Positions 27,227 to 35,487 of a DNA stretch of 64,000 nucleotides are shown piece by piece (within the stretch, counting starts at the first letter, position 1; each line of letters begins with the position of its first letter). The DNA is from an uncultured Pseudobdellovibrionaceae bacterium. Lineage in GTDB: Bacteria; Pseudomonadota; Alphaproteobacteria; Micavibrionales; Micavibrionaceae. The notes under the pieces were generated by a model that saw only the letters and a program-made list of their open reading frames with translations, was not told where the DNA came from and searched no databases. A program made the translations under genes and the position numbers. The stretch covers positions 38,496 to 102,495 of the forward strand of contig CAYLKN010000001.1 of assembly GCA_964384335.1 (NCBI GenBank), read 5' to 3'.

Positions 27227-28459
27227 TTGTGTGCAAGTTTAAGTTTTTCAATCAAATCTTTGCACAATATTAACCGCATTCATTATGCTTGGAAGTGTGT
27301 GGTTAAAAGTGATTCTAAAGTGACGATTCAGTCTTTATCAAAAGTAAATACATACCGGACCATTTTTCTATCCGACTGGCATATGGGGGCCAGAACATTT
27401 AACGGTTTTGATCTTCTTGAATTTCTTAAAACCCACGAATCGGAAAAACTTTATCTTGTGGGGGATATCATTGATGGCTGGAAACTCGAGCACAGATGGT
27501 TCTGGCCGGAAATTTATAACAGCATTATTGATGAACTAGTTCGTAAACGATACGAAGGTACTGAGATCATTTTTCTTCCCGGTAACCACGATGAAAAGCT
27601 GCGTAATGTTTTAAGCCCTGCACGGACAGAATTTGCCAACCGTTTCGGGATGACAATCAAAGATCTGGCTTATCATACCACCGCCGGAAAACAACAACTC
27701 CAAATCATGCACGGCGATTATCTTGACCGGAAGATAATTCGTGGTGCTTTGTCTCGGTGGAGTGATGCCTTTTACGAGAACATACTTGATATGTTAGGAG
27801 CGCACGGAAAGCCATATATTAAGGTAAAAGGGAAAATGAAGCGGTTTTCTCTGGCGAAAGCCGTAAACGGTCCGGGGCACTGGGCCCTTTATCTTATTAA
27901 TAATTTTGAAGCGGCAATCAGGAAAATTCTGGATGAAAAAAAACTGGGCGGAATTATCTGCGGTCACACTCATATTCCAACTCTCAAAAAGATTGGCAAT
28001 GGAATTTATGCCAATACCGGACACTGGCTGCGGGGACAGGGGGCAGCGGTGGTTGAAGAATATGACGGGACGTTAAAGCTGATTAAAACAACTGTTGGCG
28101 ATGACCAAAATCTGTTTTCCTTTGAAACCTTTAATTTTCAGGGAGTACTGGAAAAGGCGCAACGTGCGGTCAAAATACTGCCTGATGCAATAAAATATCG
28201 TCCCGAAACAGAAAAGATTGTAAATATGATCCGGAATACGTGGGTGCCGAAAGACAACAGAGGGCGCAAAAAACCAGTTGAATGGATTGAGGTTGAACAC
28301 GGCGACTATGTAACCGTTCATGCCTTAAGCGGACTACTCGCTACGAAGATACGCCTGAAGTCCGATAAAAGCAGGGAAAGGATGGTTGACAGTAAAAATC
28401 GGGATATCTTTGAGATAAGAACTATACCGGCCTTTATCGGTGAAACCCCGGCGGAATGA
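27227..28459 (+). CDS. Calcineurin-like metallophosphoesterase, LpxH-family-like, with a ~115-aa C-terminal extension
   Basis: It has FLSDWHMG, LVGDIIDGW, GNHDE and GHTH motifs in LpxH order. The start is uncertain (GTG 27227, 27299 or 27320). Confidence 0.65.
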   Translation: MCASLSFSIKSLHNINRIHYAWKCVVKSDSKVTIQSLSKVNTYRTIFLSDWHMGARTFNGFDLLEFLKTHESEKLYLVGDIIDGWKLEHRWFWPEIYNSIIDELVRKRYEGTEIIFLPGNHDEKLRNVLSPARTEFANRFGMTIKDLAYHTTAGKQQLQIMHGDYLDRKIIRGALSRWSDAFYENILDMLGAHGKPYIKVKGKMKRFSLAKAVNGPGHWALYLINNFEAAIRKILDEKKLGGIICGHTHIPTLKKIGNGIYANTGHWLRGQGAAVVEEYDGTLKLIKTTVGDDQNLFSFETFNFQGVLEKAQRAVKILPDAIKYRPETEKIVNMIRNTWVPKDNRGRKKPVEWIEVEHGDYVTVHALSGLLATKIRLKSDKSRERMVDSKNRDIFEIRTIPAFIGETPAE

Positions 28460-29338
28460 GTCTGCAAAAATGTGGATGTTATCCTCCAGCTTTTTAATAA
28501 CACCACCTGCAAGATAAACTCCGCCAAAGGCGTTAGCGGTTAATGCAAGATTTCCGGAAACCCGTCCCAGTGTTCTAAACATAAAATGCATTGTTTCAAC
28601 ACATATCGGACAGCTGTTCTCAATTGCCTTTTGGGATATCTCACTTGCCGGCAAACGTCCCGCACTGTTGTGATTTTCGTTTTCTTTATACCTTGCGATC
28701 GCTTTATGAAGTGTTTCAAGCCCCGGGCCGGAGCAAAGCGTTTCGGCATCACAAAATTCTTTTTCCTCTTTTACAAGGTTCACGATATCAAATTCTTCTT
28801 TTGAATTAATCGGGATATCGACATGTCCACCTTCGCCCGCTATCGCAAGATATGTTAAGCCGCTGACAGATGAAACGGGTTTTAATATTGCAGTGCCCAG
28901 ACCTGTTCCGGGGCCAATGACTACGAGAGGGTATGAGGGGTTTTTTTCCTTTCTTTTGTTATTTTCCGCGTCCAGGGACTTAATGCTGCTTTCATCCATT
29001 TCCGGGATAGCCAAGGCAAGAGCTTCAAAATCATTCAGGCAATGCAATCTTTCCAGTGAAAGGCTGTCTTTTAATGCTTTTTGTGAGAAGTTCCAATGGT
29101 TGTTGATAACATCAATCTCATCGCTTTTTACAGGACCGGCAACGCAAAAAACTGCGGTTTCCGGTCTTGTTTTTTGATCAATACTGTCCAGGTATTGCCG
29201 TATTGCCGCGGCGGGATCGTTATAATCCCTGCATTCATAAACGGACTCTTTGGAAAAACGGAGGCCATCTGAAACTGCAAATCTTGCATAGGTGCCGCCT
29301 ATATCTCCAAGCAGGTATTTATTTTTGTTTTCGAGCAT
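28334..29338 (-). CDS. glk: Glucokinase
   Basis: 334 aa. LLGDIGGTYARFAV is the glucokinase N-terminal ATP motif, and the protein shows full-length ROK-less Glk-type organisation. Confidence 0.88.
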   Translation of the reverse strand: MLENKNKYLLGDIGGTYARFAVSDGLRFSKESVYECRDYNDPAAAIRQYLDSIDQKTRPETAVFCVAGPVKSDEIDVINNHWNFSQKALKDSLSLERLHCLNDFEALALAIPEMDESSIKSLDAENNKRKEKNPSYPLVVIGPGTGLGTAILKPVSSVSGLTYLAIAGEGGHVDIPINSKEEFDIVNLVKEEKEFCDAETLCSGPGLETLHKAIARYKENENHNSAGRLPASEISQKAIENSCPICVETMHFMFRTLGRVSGNLALTANAFGGVYLAGGVIKKLEDNIHIFADSFRRGFTDKGRYSSYLKDIPIFTVNHPFPAFIGLQAYLRSE

Positions 29339-29475
29339 TACGCATTATTATTACGAAATTGTAAATGTTCAAGGATGTTGTGGAACAAAATGACGAAACT
29401 TCCGATCCTTATGTGAACAGAAATAAAGATAATCTAAAATACATTACATAAGGTTTTATTTTCGGGAGCACAAAA

Positions 29476-29841
29476 ATGGCAAAGATAATGGTTGTGGAAG
29501 ATGACGAGATGATGTGCCGTTTTCTGACGGCTGCATTGCTTAAGGCAGGACACGATGTTACGTCATGCACGAGTGGGGAAGAGGCAATGGAGATACTCAG
29601 GACAGAAAATACATACGAACTTCTGCTGGCAGATATTGCGATGTCGGGAATCGACGGTATCGCATTGGCAAAGGAAGCTGTTAATGCAGCGTATGGAGTG
29701 CAGGTTATGTTTATTGCAGGGTTTGCCGCTATGGCGATGCACGTTCCGAATAAACCGAAAGAAAAGTATGCGAATGTTTTATCGCGTCCTTTTCACCTTA
29801 ATCGTATTGTTGAGAACGTTGATCGGCTTCTGGCGGCATAG
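29476..29841 (+). CDS. cpdR: Single-domain response regulator, CpdR-like
   Basis: 121 aa of receiver domain only. It has IMVVEDD…LLLADIAMSGIDGI…VMFIAGFAA…LSRPFHL, which closely matches the pattern of alphaproteobacterial CpdR. Confidence 0.75.
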   Translation: MAKIMVVEDDEMMCRFLTAALLKAGHDVTSCTSGEEAMEILRTENTYELLLADIAMSGIDGIALAKEAVNAAYGVQVMFIAGFAAMAMHVPNKPKEKYANVLSRPFHLNRIVENVDRLLAA

Positions 29842-29845
29842 GTGA

Positions 29846-30424
29846 TTAAGGATAAAGAAGGCTTTTTTTCCATCTCCCTTTTTGCAGAGTGTATAACTCT
29901 CGCTTATGGAGACGGAATTCTCCTTCCTGCCAGAATTCAATTTTGTCCGGTTTTAAAAGAAACCCTGACCAGTGCGGGGGCCTGGGAATATCTTCCAGTT
30001 TTTTAAATCTGTCCTCATGCTCCTTAACTTCTTCTGCGAGTGTTTCGATGCTTTCCAGGGCTTCTGACTGCTGTGAAACCCAGGCGCCGATTTTGCTGCC
30101 TCTGGGGCGCCCTTTAAAATAGGCATCTGCTTGCGCATCTGGAACCTGCTCTGTAAAGCCTTCAATTCTTACCTGGCGTTCCTGTGTTTTCCAGTGCAGG
30201 CAGAGCGAGGCGGCGCTGTTGTTTTTGAGTTGCCTGCCTTTAGCACTGGTCAGATTTGTGTAAAAGACAAAACCCTCATCCGGTACTTCCTTGATAAGGA
30301 TAATGCGGCCATGGGGCCTCATGTTTTCGTCAACAGTGCAAAGAGTTGCAGCATTGGCATAGCTGGGCTCTGTTTTGTCTGCTTCTGAAAGCCATTCACG
30401 AAACTGGGCAACCGGTGTGTACAT
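29846..30424 (-). CDS. pdxH: Pyridoxamine 5'-phosphate oxidase
   Basis: 192 aa with RIILIKEV…GFVFYTN…S.KG and a C-terminal IEFWQEG..RLH.R..Y…W....L.P pattern. Confidence 0.88.
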   Translation of the reverse strand: MYTPVAQFREWLSEADKTEPSYANAATLCTVDENMRPHGRIILIKEVPDEGFVFYTNLTSAKGRQLKNNSAASLCLHWKTQERQVRIEGFTEQVPDAQADAYFKGRPRGSKIGAWVSQQSEALESIETLAEEVKEHEDRFKKLEDIPRPPHWSGFLLKPDKIEFWQEGEFRLHKRELYTLQKGRWKKSLLYP

Positions 30425-30525
30425 AATCGCAAAATAATTTATTTTATCAATACGTTTTGAATTTTTCCGAGGATTATACTATTTCAAATATATTATACAA
30501 AAAACAGTAAGAACGAGGTTCAAAA

Positions 30526-31005
30526 ATGAATAATAGAAATTTCATAGTGTTTTTTAGCGCTGCAGTCCTGATTCTCACGGGTTGTGAGGCGGCAAGACAG
30601 GGAAATGAGAAAGAGGTTATCGGAACCGGCGCGGGCGCGGTAATCGGAGGCTTACTTGGATCCCAGGTTGGTGGTGGTTCGGGTCGTTTATGGGCGACAG
30701 GCGCAGGGGTTCTTATCGGCTCTTTGGCAGGAAGCGAGATAGGCAGATCACTTGACAGGGCTGACAGAGCCTATGCGATGCAGGCAAGTCGTCAGGCGCA
30801 AAGCGCACCGATTGGAGAAACCATAAGCTGGAGCAATCCTGAAAGCGGGCACAGCGGAAGCGTAACGCCGGTTCGCGAAGGAAGCACTCAAAGCGGGGAT
30901 TATTGCCGGGAATTCTACCAGACGGTTACGATCGGCGGACGCCAGGAAGATGCATATGGTACCGCCTGTCAAAATCCGGACGGGACGTGGCGTATTGTAA
31001 ACTGA
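30526..31005 (+). CDS. Lipoprotein homologous to the Rickettsia 17-kDa surface antigen (glycine-zipper plus C-terminal domain)
   Basis: It has a lipobox (LILTG|C) and a glycine zipper (GAVIGGLLGSQVGGGSG…GVLIGSLAGSEIG). The C-terminus, SWSNPESGHSGSVTPV…GDYCREFYQTVTIGGRQEDAYGTACQNPDGTWRIVN, mirrors the rickettsial 17-kDa antigen tail. Confidence 0.8.
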   Translation: MNNRNFIVFFSAAVLILTGCEAARQGNEKEVIGTGAGAVIGGLLGSQVGGGSGRLWATGAGVLIGSLAGSEIGRSLDRADRAYAMQASRQAQSAPIGETISWSNPESGHSGSVTPVREGSTQSGDYCREFYQTVTIGGRQEDAYGTACQNPDGTWRIVN

Positions 31006-31207
31006 TACATTTTTTTTGTTGCACCATAGGGAGAGATAATTTATTGTGCAAGGCAGCATGCATTATTGCGTATAATTTTTATTTCAATAATGTGAAAGAA
31101 AGGTAATGCTCATCAGTGGCATCGTAAAACAATATGTCTTTTGTTGACATACCTTTCACTTAAGAATAGACAGTTTTTATAACCCTTAAGTCTTTAGGAG
31201 GACAAAC

Positions 31208-31666
31208 ATGCCACAACAAAACACAACAAATGCATTCTGGAATAATGATTTTCTTAAATCCATGTCAGGCTTCTCAAGCTTCCCCATGGATACCAAATCT
31301 GTTGTTGATTCCGCCCGCAAAAATACGCAGGCCATGAATGATGCCATGAAACTATGCGGCGAAAACTCCCAGGCATTTATGAAACGCTGTACTGAAATTA
31401 TGTCTCAACTGGTCGAGGATCAATCTGCGCTTGCAAAAGAAATTATGAGTGAAGGCAGTCCTGAACAAAAAATTGCGAAACAGGCCGAAATGATGCGTAA
31501 AAATTATGAGAGGTCGGTTACAAATCTGCGTGAACTCTCTGATATGCTTAATAAATCCAACATTGAAGCCAGCGATCTTATTAATAAAAGAGTAACTGCA
31601 AGTTTCAGTGAAATTAAATCAATGCTTGAAAACGCAACGTCTGCTCAGAATAAAAAGTCAGCTTAA
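31208..31666 (+). CDS. phaP: Phasin family protein (PHA granule-associated)
   Basis: 152 aa and all-helical, with phasin-like composition. An AGGAGG RBS lies upstream and a strong terminator follows. Confidence 0.7.
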   Translation: MPQQNTTNAFWNNDFLKSMSGFSSFPMDTKSVVDSARKNTQAMNDAMKLCGENSQAFMKRCTEIMSQLVEDQSALAKEIMSEGSPEQKIAKQAEMMRKNYERSVTNLRELSDMLNKSNIEASDLINKRVTASFSEIKSMLENATSAQNKKSA

Positions 31667-31692
31667 CTGATTATAACAGGTAATAATGTAAA

Positions 31693-31720
31693 CAAACCGC
31701 CCTGAGGCGGTTTGTTTTTT
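31693..31720 (+). terminator. Rho-independent terminator after the phasin gene
   Basis: It has a perfect 9-bp stem (CAAACCGCC / GGCGGTTTG), a 4-nt loop (CTGA) and then TTTTTT. Confidence 0.75.
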
Positions 31721-31733
31721 ATTGGAGTTTAAC

Positions 31734-32072
31734 ATGCACAAAATATCTTACGACGAATTTGAAAAAGTGGATGTCCGTGTCGGCACAATAATCCAAATTA
31801 ATGATTTTCCGGAGGCAAGAAAGCCGGCCTATAAACTTGAAATTGATTTCGGGGATGAAATTGGTATAAAAAAATCTTCCGCGCAGATTACACAGCACTA
31901 TACAAAAGAGGAATTAAAAGGGCGTCAAATTCTTGCCGTTGTCAACTTCCCGCCCAAACAGATCGGTCCTTTTGTATCCGAAGTCCTTACACTTGGAGTT
32001 GATGGAGAGGACGGGAATGTCGTTCTGATTGGGCCTTCTAAACAAGTTATGAACGGCGTAAGGCTGTATTAA
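31734..32072 (+). CDS. csaA: tRNA-binding (EMAP/CsaA-type OB-fold) protein
   Basis: It reads F.KVDVRVGTI…FPEARKPAYKLEIDFG…KSSAQIT…GRQILAVVNFPPKQIG, typical of CsaA/YgjH. The ATG at 31734 is preceded by GGAG. The track ORF starts at TTG 31722. Confidence 0.8.
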   Translation: MHKISYDEFEKVDVRVGTIIQINDFPEARKPAYKLEIDFGDEIGIKKSSAQITQHYTKEELKGRQILAVVNFPPKQIGPFVSEVLTLGVDGEDGNVVLIGPSKQVMNGVRLY

Positions 32073-32148
32073 AAAGTATCTTTTACAGATTCAATACCGG
32101 CCCTTCCAGACATGTTTGAAAGAGCCGGAATTGTGAATTTGTTAAAGG

Positions 32149-34233
32149 TTACTGAAACATGCTTCTGTTGCCGTCCCAGAAACTGTCCCCTTCGGTAAAC
32201 CAGCTTTCCTGAGGATCATTAGGATTATATGGCACGTCGGAGTGATTAAACCAGATGTCCGAAACCTGTCCGACCGTTCCGTCTGCATATGTGAATGTCG
32301 AGCGGTGGCTTTCCCACTGGCCGTTAATGACGTTATCCACATACTCGGCGGTCAGATTGATCTCAGAGATATTCATCTGCATCAGGGACGACAGTTCATT
32401 TCCATCGGATATTCCGTCGCCGTTCTTGTCCTGCCAGAGCTGAAGATTACCAAACATATTATCATCCATGCTGATAAGTCCGTCCTGGTTGCTGTCAAGC
32501 TCAGCCAGATGGCTGAAGCCTTCAAGATGACCGCCAACATTTCCAAAAAGTTCGGTGGCATCGTTAATCATGCCGTCATTATTGCGATCAAAAACCAGAA
32601 GGGCATCATCAGGAGCAACCCAGGCCGTGAAATCTTCCGCATCTTTCATATCGACATCAAAGAACGCGTCCGACTGTGACAGATTGACCAGTTCGATACC
32701 GTCGCCGTCAAGGTCGAATACCAGCGGATCACCATCACCACCATCACCACCACCATCGCCACCATCGCCACCATCACCACTATTCGCAACTTGGCATGAG
32801 CTTAATGGTGGTGGGAACGTGTTGCAGACCTGCAGATCAACCGGATAGCATCCGTGCTCAACCCAGGCATGGGCCTGCATCCATTCTGCGCCGGTTGAAT
32901 GAAGCATAATTCTGTCATCGATAACAGTCGGCAGCAGATTGTCCGCAAGGTCGTTGTCTTCCACCAAATTCCAGTTTTCTCCGTCAGAGGCCAGAATAAC
33001 CGTTTCGGTCTGCTCAGAAAGTTCGGCCAGAGTTTCCGTTCCGACTTCGACTGTGACCGTTCCGTTTGAACTGTCCGTCTTTCTTACGAAGAAGAAATTA
33101 TCCTGATTTACAAAAGCCGAGGGCAGCTCGACAGTTGTATCCTGTCCTCCCGTGTTAACAACGATAAAGTTGCTGTCCATATCGGCATCGTAAGTAATGC
33201 CGTCTTTTGCACTCACATGATAATGTGTCGGGTAATCCATACGCGTCAGGACAAGTTCCCCGGAAAGATCGGGATTGCTCGTCGCTTCGCTGAGAACCAC
33301 TCTTTCACCTGTGGCCCCATCTGGTACAGGAAGCATGATCGTGGTTGCATCAAAGGAGGTGATGAATGCGTAAAACGGATTTTCGAAGCTTGTAATTGAA
33401 ACTTCCGATCCAAGGTTTTTTGCATTGTGCATCTGCCATGACGAACCTTCAGGAGGCATACCTTCGTGAATGTCTATAAACCCTGTAAAGTCGCTGTAGT
33501 CGCCCGGAGGGCCGGAGGGCATCATGACATCCTTTTCAGGGTGAAAGCTGCCGTCTGTTCTTTCGATCCATCGCAGTCTGTCGGGGTTTGATATGTTCCC
33601 AAGTCTCGTATATTCAAAATATCCCTGAGAAGTGTCCGATGAATTTGAATTGGCCAGTATTTTGAACATATCGTCTCCGGTGTTGCCGGAAATTTCCGAG
33701 CCGCCGGCGGAGTCAATGGTACAGTGGCCTTTAGCCGAGCCTGACGTGCATTCTGATCTTGCATTCAGGGTAATATCCGTTGGATCAAGCGGGTTGGCTG
33801 CAACGCTATCGCATTGATTGCTGTATGCCTGCCAGCATTGACCCTGGAGTGATCCTTCAACAAGTTCCCAACCTCCGTTTGCGTTGGGATATGAACATCT
33901 GAATGTTGCAACCGCATTTCCGCCCTGCGGTCCTCTGTATTCCAGAGAGATAGTGGAGCCGAAACGGGAATATCCTATTGCTGCAGGTGAATCTGCAAAG
34001 ACATTGCGCACATCTTCCGAATTTCCAAGATTCAGTGTAATACGGCCCATAATCGTATTGCCGGATGTTCTTCCCTCATCCCATTGGGCCTGAGCGGCTC
34101 TTTCAGAATATATAAACGGGGATATGGTGACCAGACCCGTCATGAGGCTGAGCGTGAGCCCTTTATATAATAGGTGATCTTTAAGTTCCCGTTTCAAGGT
34201 TCTCTCCTTTTCATTAATCCTTATTTTCATCAT
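32149..34233 (-). CDS. Large secreted protein with a Cys-rich N-terminal region, a (G/D)-repeat linker and C-terminal EF-hand-like calcium-binding loops
   Basis: It has a signal peptide ending AAQA|Q and the linker SGDGGDGGDGGGDGGDGD. The loops follow: PLVFDLDGDGIEL, DRNNDGMIND, DSNQDGLISMDD and DKNGDGISDGNE. The start is ambiguous (ATG 34233/34230, or TTG 34197 six nt after AAGGAG). Confidence 0.7.
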   Translation of the reverse strand: MMKIRINEKERTLKRELKDHLLYKGLTLSLMTGLVTISPFIYSERAAQAQWDEGRTSGNTIMGRITLNLGNSEDVRNVFADSPAAIGYSRFGSTISLEYRGPQGGNAVATFRCSYPNANGGWELVEGSLQGQCWQAYSNQCDSVAANPLDPTDITLNARSECTSGSAKGHCTIDSAGGSEISGNTGDDMFKILANSNSSDTSQGYFEYTRLGNISNPDRLRWIERTDGSFHPEKDVMMPSGPPGDYSDFTGFIDIHEGMPPEGSSWQMHNAKNLGSEVSITSFENPFYAFITSFDATTIMLPVPDGATGERVVLSEATSNPDLSGELVLTRMDYPTHYHVSAKDGITYDADMDSNFIVVNTGGQDTTVELPSAFVNQDNFFFVRKTDSSNGTVTVEVGTETLAELSEQTETVILASDGENWNLVEDNDLADNLLPTVIDDRIMLHSTGAEWMQAHAWVEHGCYPVDLQVCNTFPPPLSSCQVANSGDGGDGGDGGGDGGDGDPLVFDLDGDGIELVNLSQSDAFFDVDMKDAEDFTAWVAPDDALLVFDRNNDGMINDATELFGNVGGHLEGFSHLAELDSNQDGLISMDDNMFGNLQLWQDKNGDGISDGNELSSLMQMNISEINLTAEYVDNVINGQWESHRSTFTYADGTVGQVSDIWFNHSDVPYNPNDPQESWFTEGDSFWDGNRSMFQ
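32731..32782 (-). repeat. Imperfect GGT/GAT trinucleotide tract encoding the (G/D) linker
   Basis: The plus strand reads caccatcaccaccatcaccaccaccatcgccaccatcgccaccatcaccact. This is in-frame inside the CDS. Confidence 0.8.
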
Positions 34234-34377
34234 ACCTGATTTTGAAAATCTGATGCAAAATTTCAATATAATTTTACATATATTATTAGTTTTGCACGAA
34301 AGTATTAATAGAAAGTAAATAAAAATAAGTTTTCATAAAATTTTAGAAGTTTTCTGTATTTTTATTCATTCCGGATT

Positions 34378-35454
34378 TTATTCCGGATTGCAATCGCCTG
34401 GTATGCTTTCGTTACAGTAAAAAAAGACCGGAGCCTGGACCTGGTTTGTTGCGTTTACATCTCTGAGTGCATTAACATTTCTTAATGCATTAACATTTGC
34501 ATCCGAATTGACATTGCGTTCAGCACGGAGATTACCGCCGCCAACATGCAGTCTTGCACTGGGATCGGGCTGAACGACACCTACGCCCACACTGCTTTGA
34601 GGCCCGCTGCCTGGATTGCTGTCAAATTCCCGGAAAGAGATGTTTAGCTCTCCGGCTTCGTCAGTCATAAGCCAGGATGTTCCTTCACGCCTCACAAGTG
34701 TGTAAGAGACGACATCATCGAAATGATTGGCATCCAGACCGGATACCTTTTCTGAATAATCTCCATCCATAAACGTCGTTGCCTGGGCATCGCCAACAGT
34801 CAATATTTTAAAATCACAATTTTCGCGATCCAGCGCAGCCCCTTCGCTGCAAGCCATGGATGTTTCCCTCCCATAGCGGGATGTGGCACCTTTTCCGTCC
34901 GCGCCATGACTAACTATCACAAAATTGTAATCGTTCCCGATTTCTGTTCCGTCCGTATCAATAATCCTGATCTGACCGGCATTGTCGTCATATGTGCTGC
35001 TATCCGTTAATGCGGCTGTAACCGCATAGGTCAGTTTGTTGTCATGCGGGTCGTTACCGATATGAAATGGAAGTTTAAGAGTACTTACCGGTATTGCACC
35101 AATTATTACCGGTTGACCGGTCGGACCGCTTCCGTGGCCTGCTTTTGAATAAATTCCAGGCGAGCTGGTGTCGCAGGCGCTGCCAATCTTTAATCCCACA
35201 CCGTAATTTAAATCACCCGGCGCCAAAGAGGGGTCCGCAGGACATGGGAATTCTCCATTAACCCTTATATAATTCGCGATCGCCAGATGAACTTTATCAA
35301 ATATGCGCTCCTGCTCCACCCTTATCTGTGTTTTGCGGTAGAGATTATAGGCCTTGGCAAAGCCGGCAAGAATAAGGCCGAGAATCATGATAACCACCGC
35401 AAGCTCAATCAGAGTGAACCCGTTTTCTGAATTTTTTTTCCTAAATATTTTCAT
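34378..35454 (-). CDS. Oversized GspG-like pseudopilin / type IV pilin-like protein, paralogue 1 (358 aa)
   Basis: Its prepilin signal is MKIFRKKNSENG|FTLIELAVVIMILGLILAG, with Glu at +5. It has a GspG-like AIANYIRVNGEFPCP segment, a VIVSHGADGKG motif, a C-terminal hexad repeat and a CNESIPGDC loop. Confidence 0.75.
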   Translation of the reverse strand: MKIFRKKNSENGFTLIELAVVIMILGLILAGFAKAYNLYRKTQIRVEQERIFDKVHLAIANYIRVNGEFPCPADPSLAPGDLNYGVGLKIGSACDTSSPGIYSKAGHGSGPTGQPVIIGAIPVSTLKLPFHIGNDPHDNKLTYAVTAALTDSSTYDDNAGQIRIIDTDGTEIGNDYNFVIVSHGADGKGATSRYGRETSMACSEGAALDRENCDFKILTVGDAQATTFMDGDYSEKVSGLDANHFDDVVSYTLVRREGTSWLMTDEAGELNISFREFDSNPGSGPQSSVGVGVVQPDPSARLHVGGGNLRAERNVNSDANVNALRNVNALRDVNATNQVQAPVFFYCNESIPGDCNPE

Positions 35455-35487
35455 TGTCTTTTTTCTCTTTTTTCATGCTCATTCATG

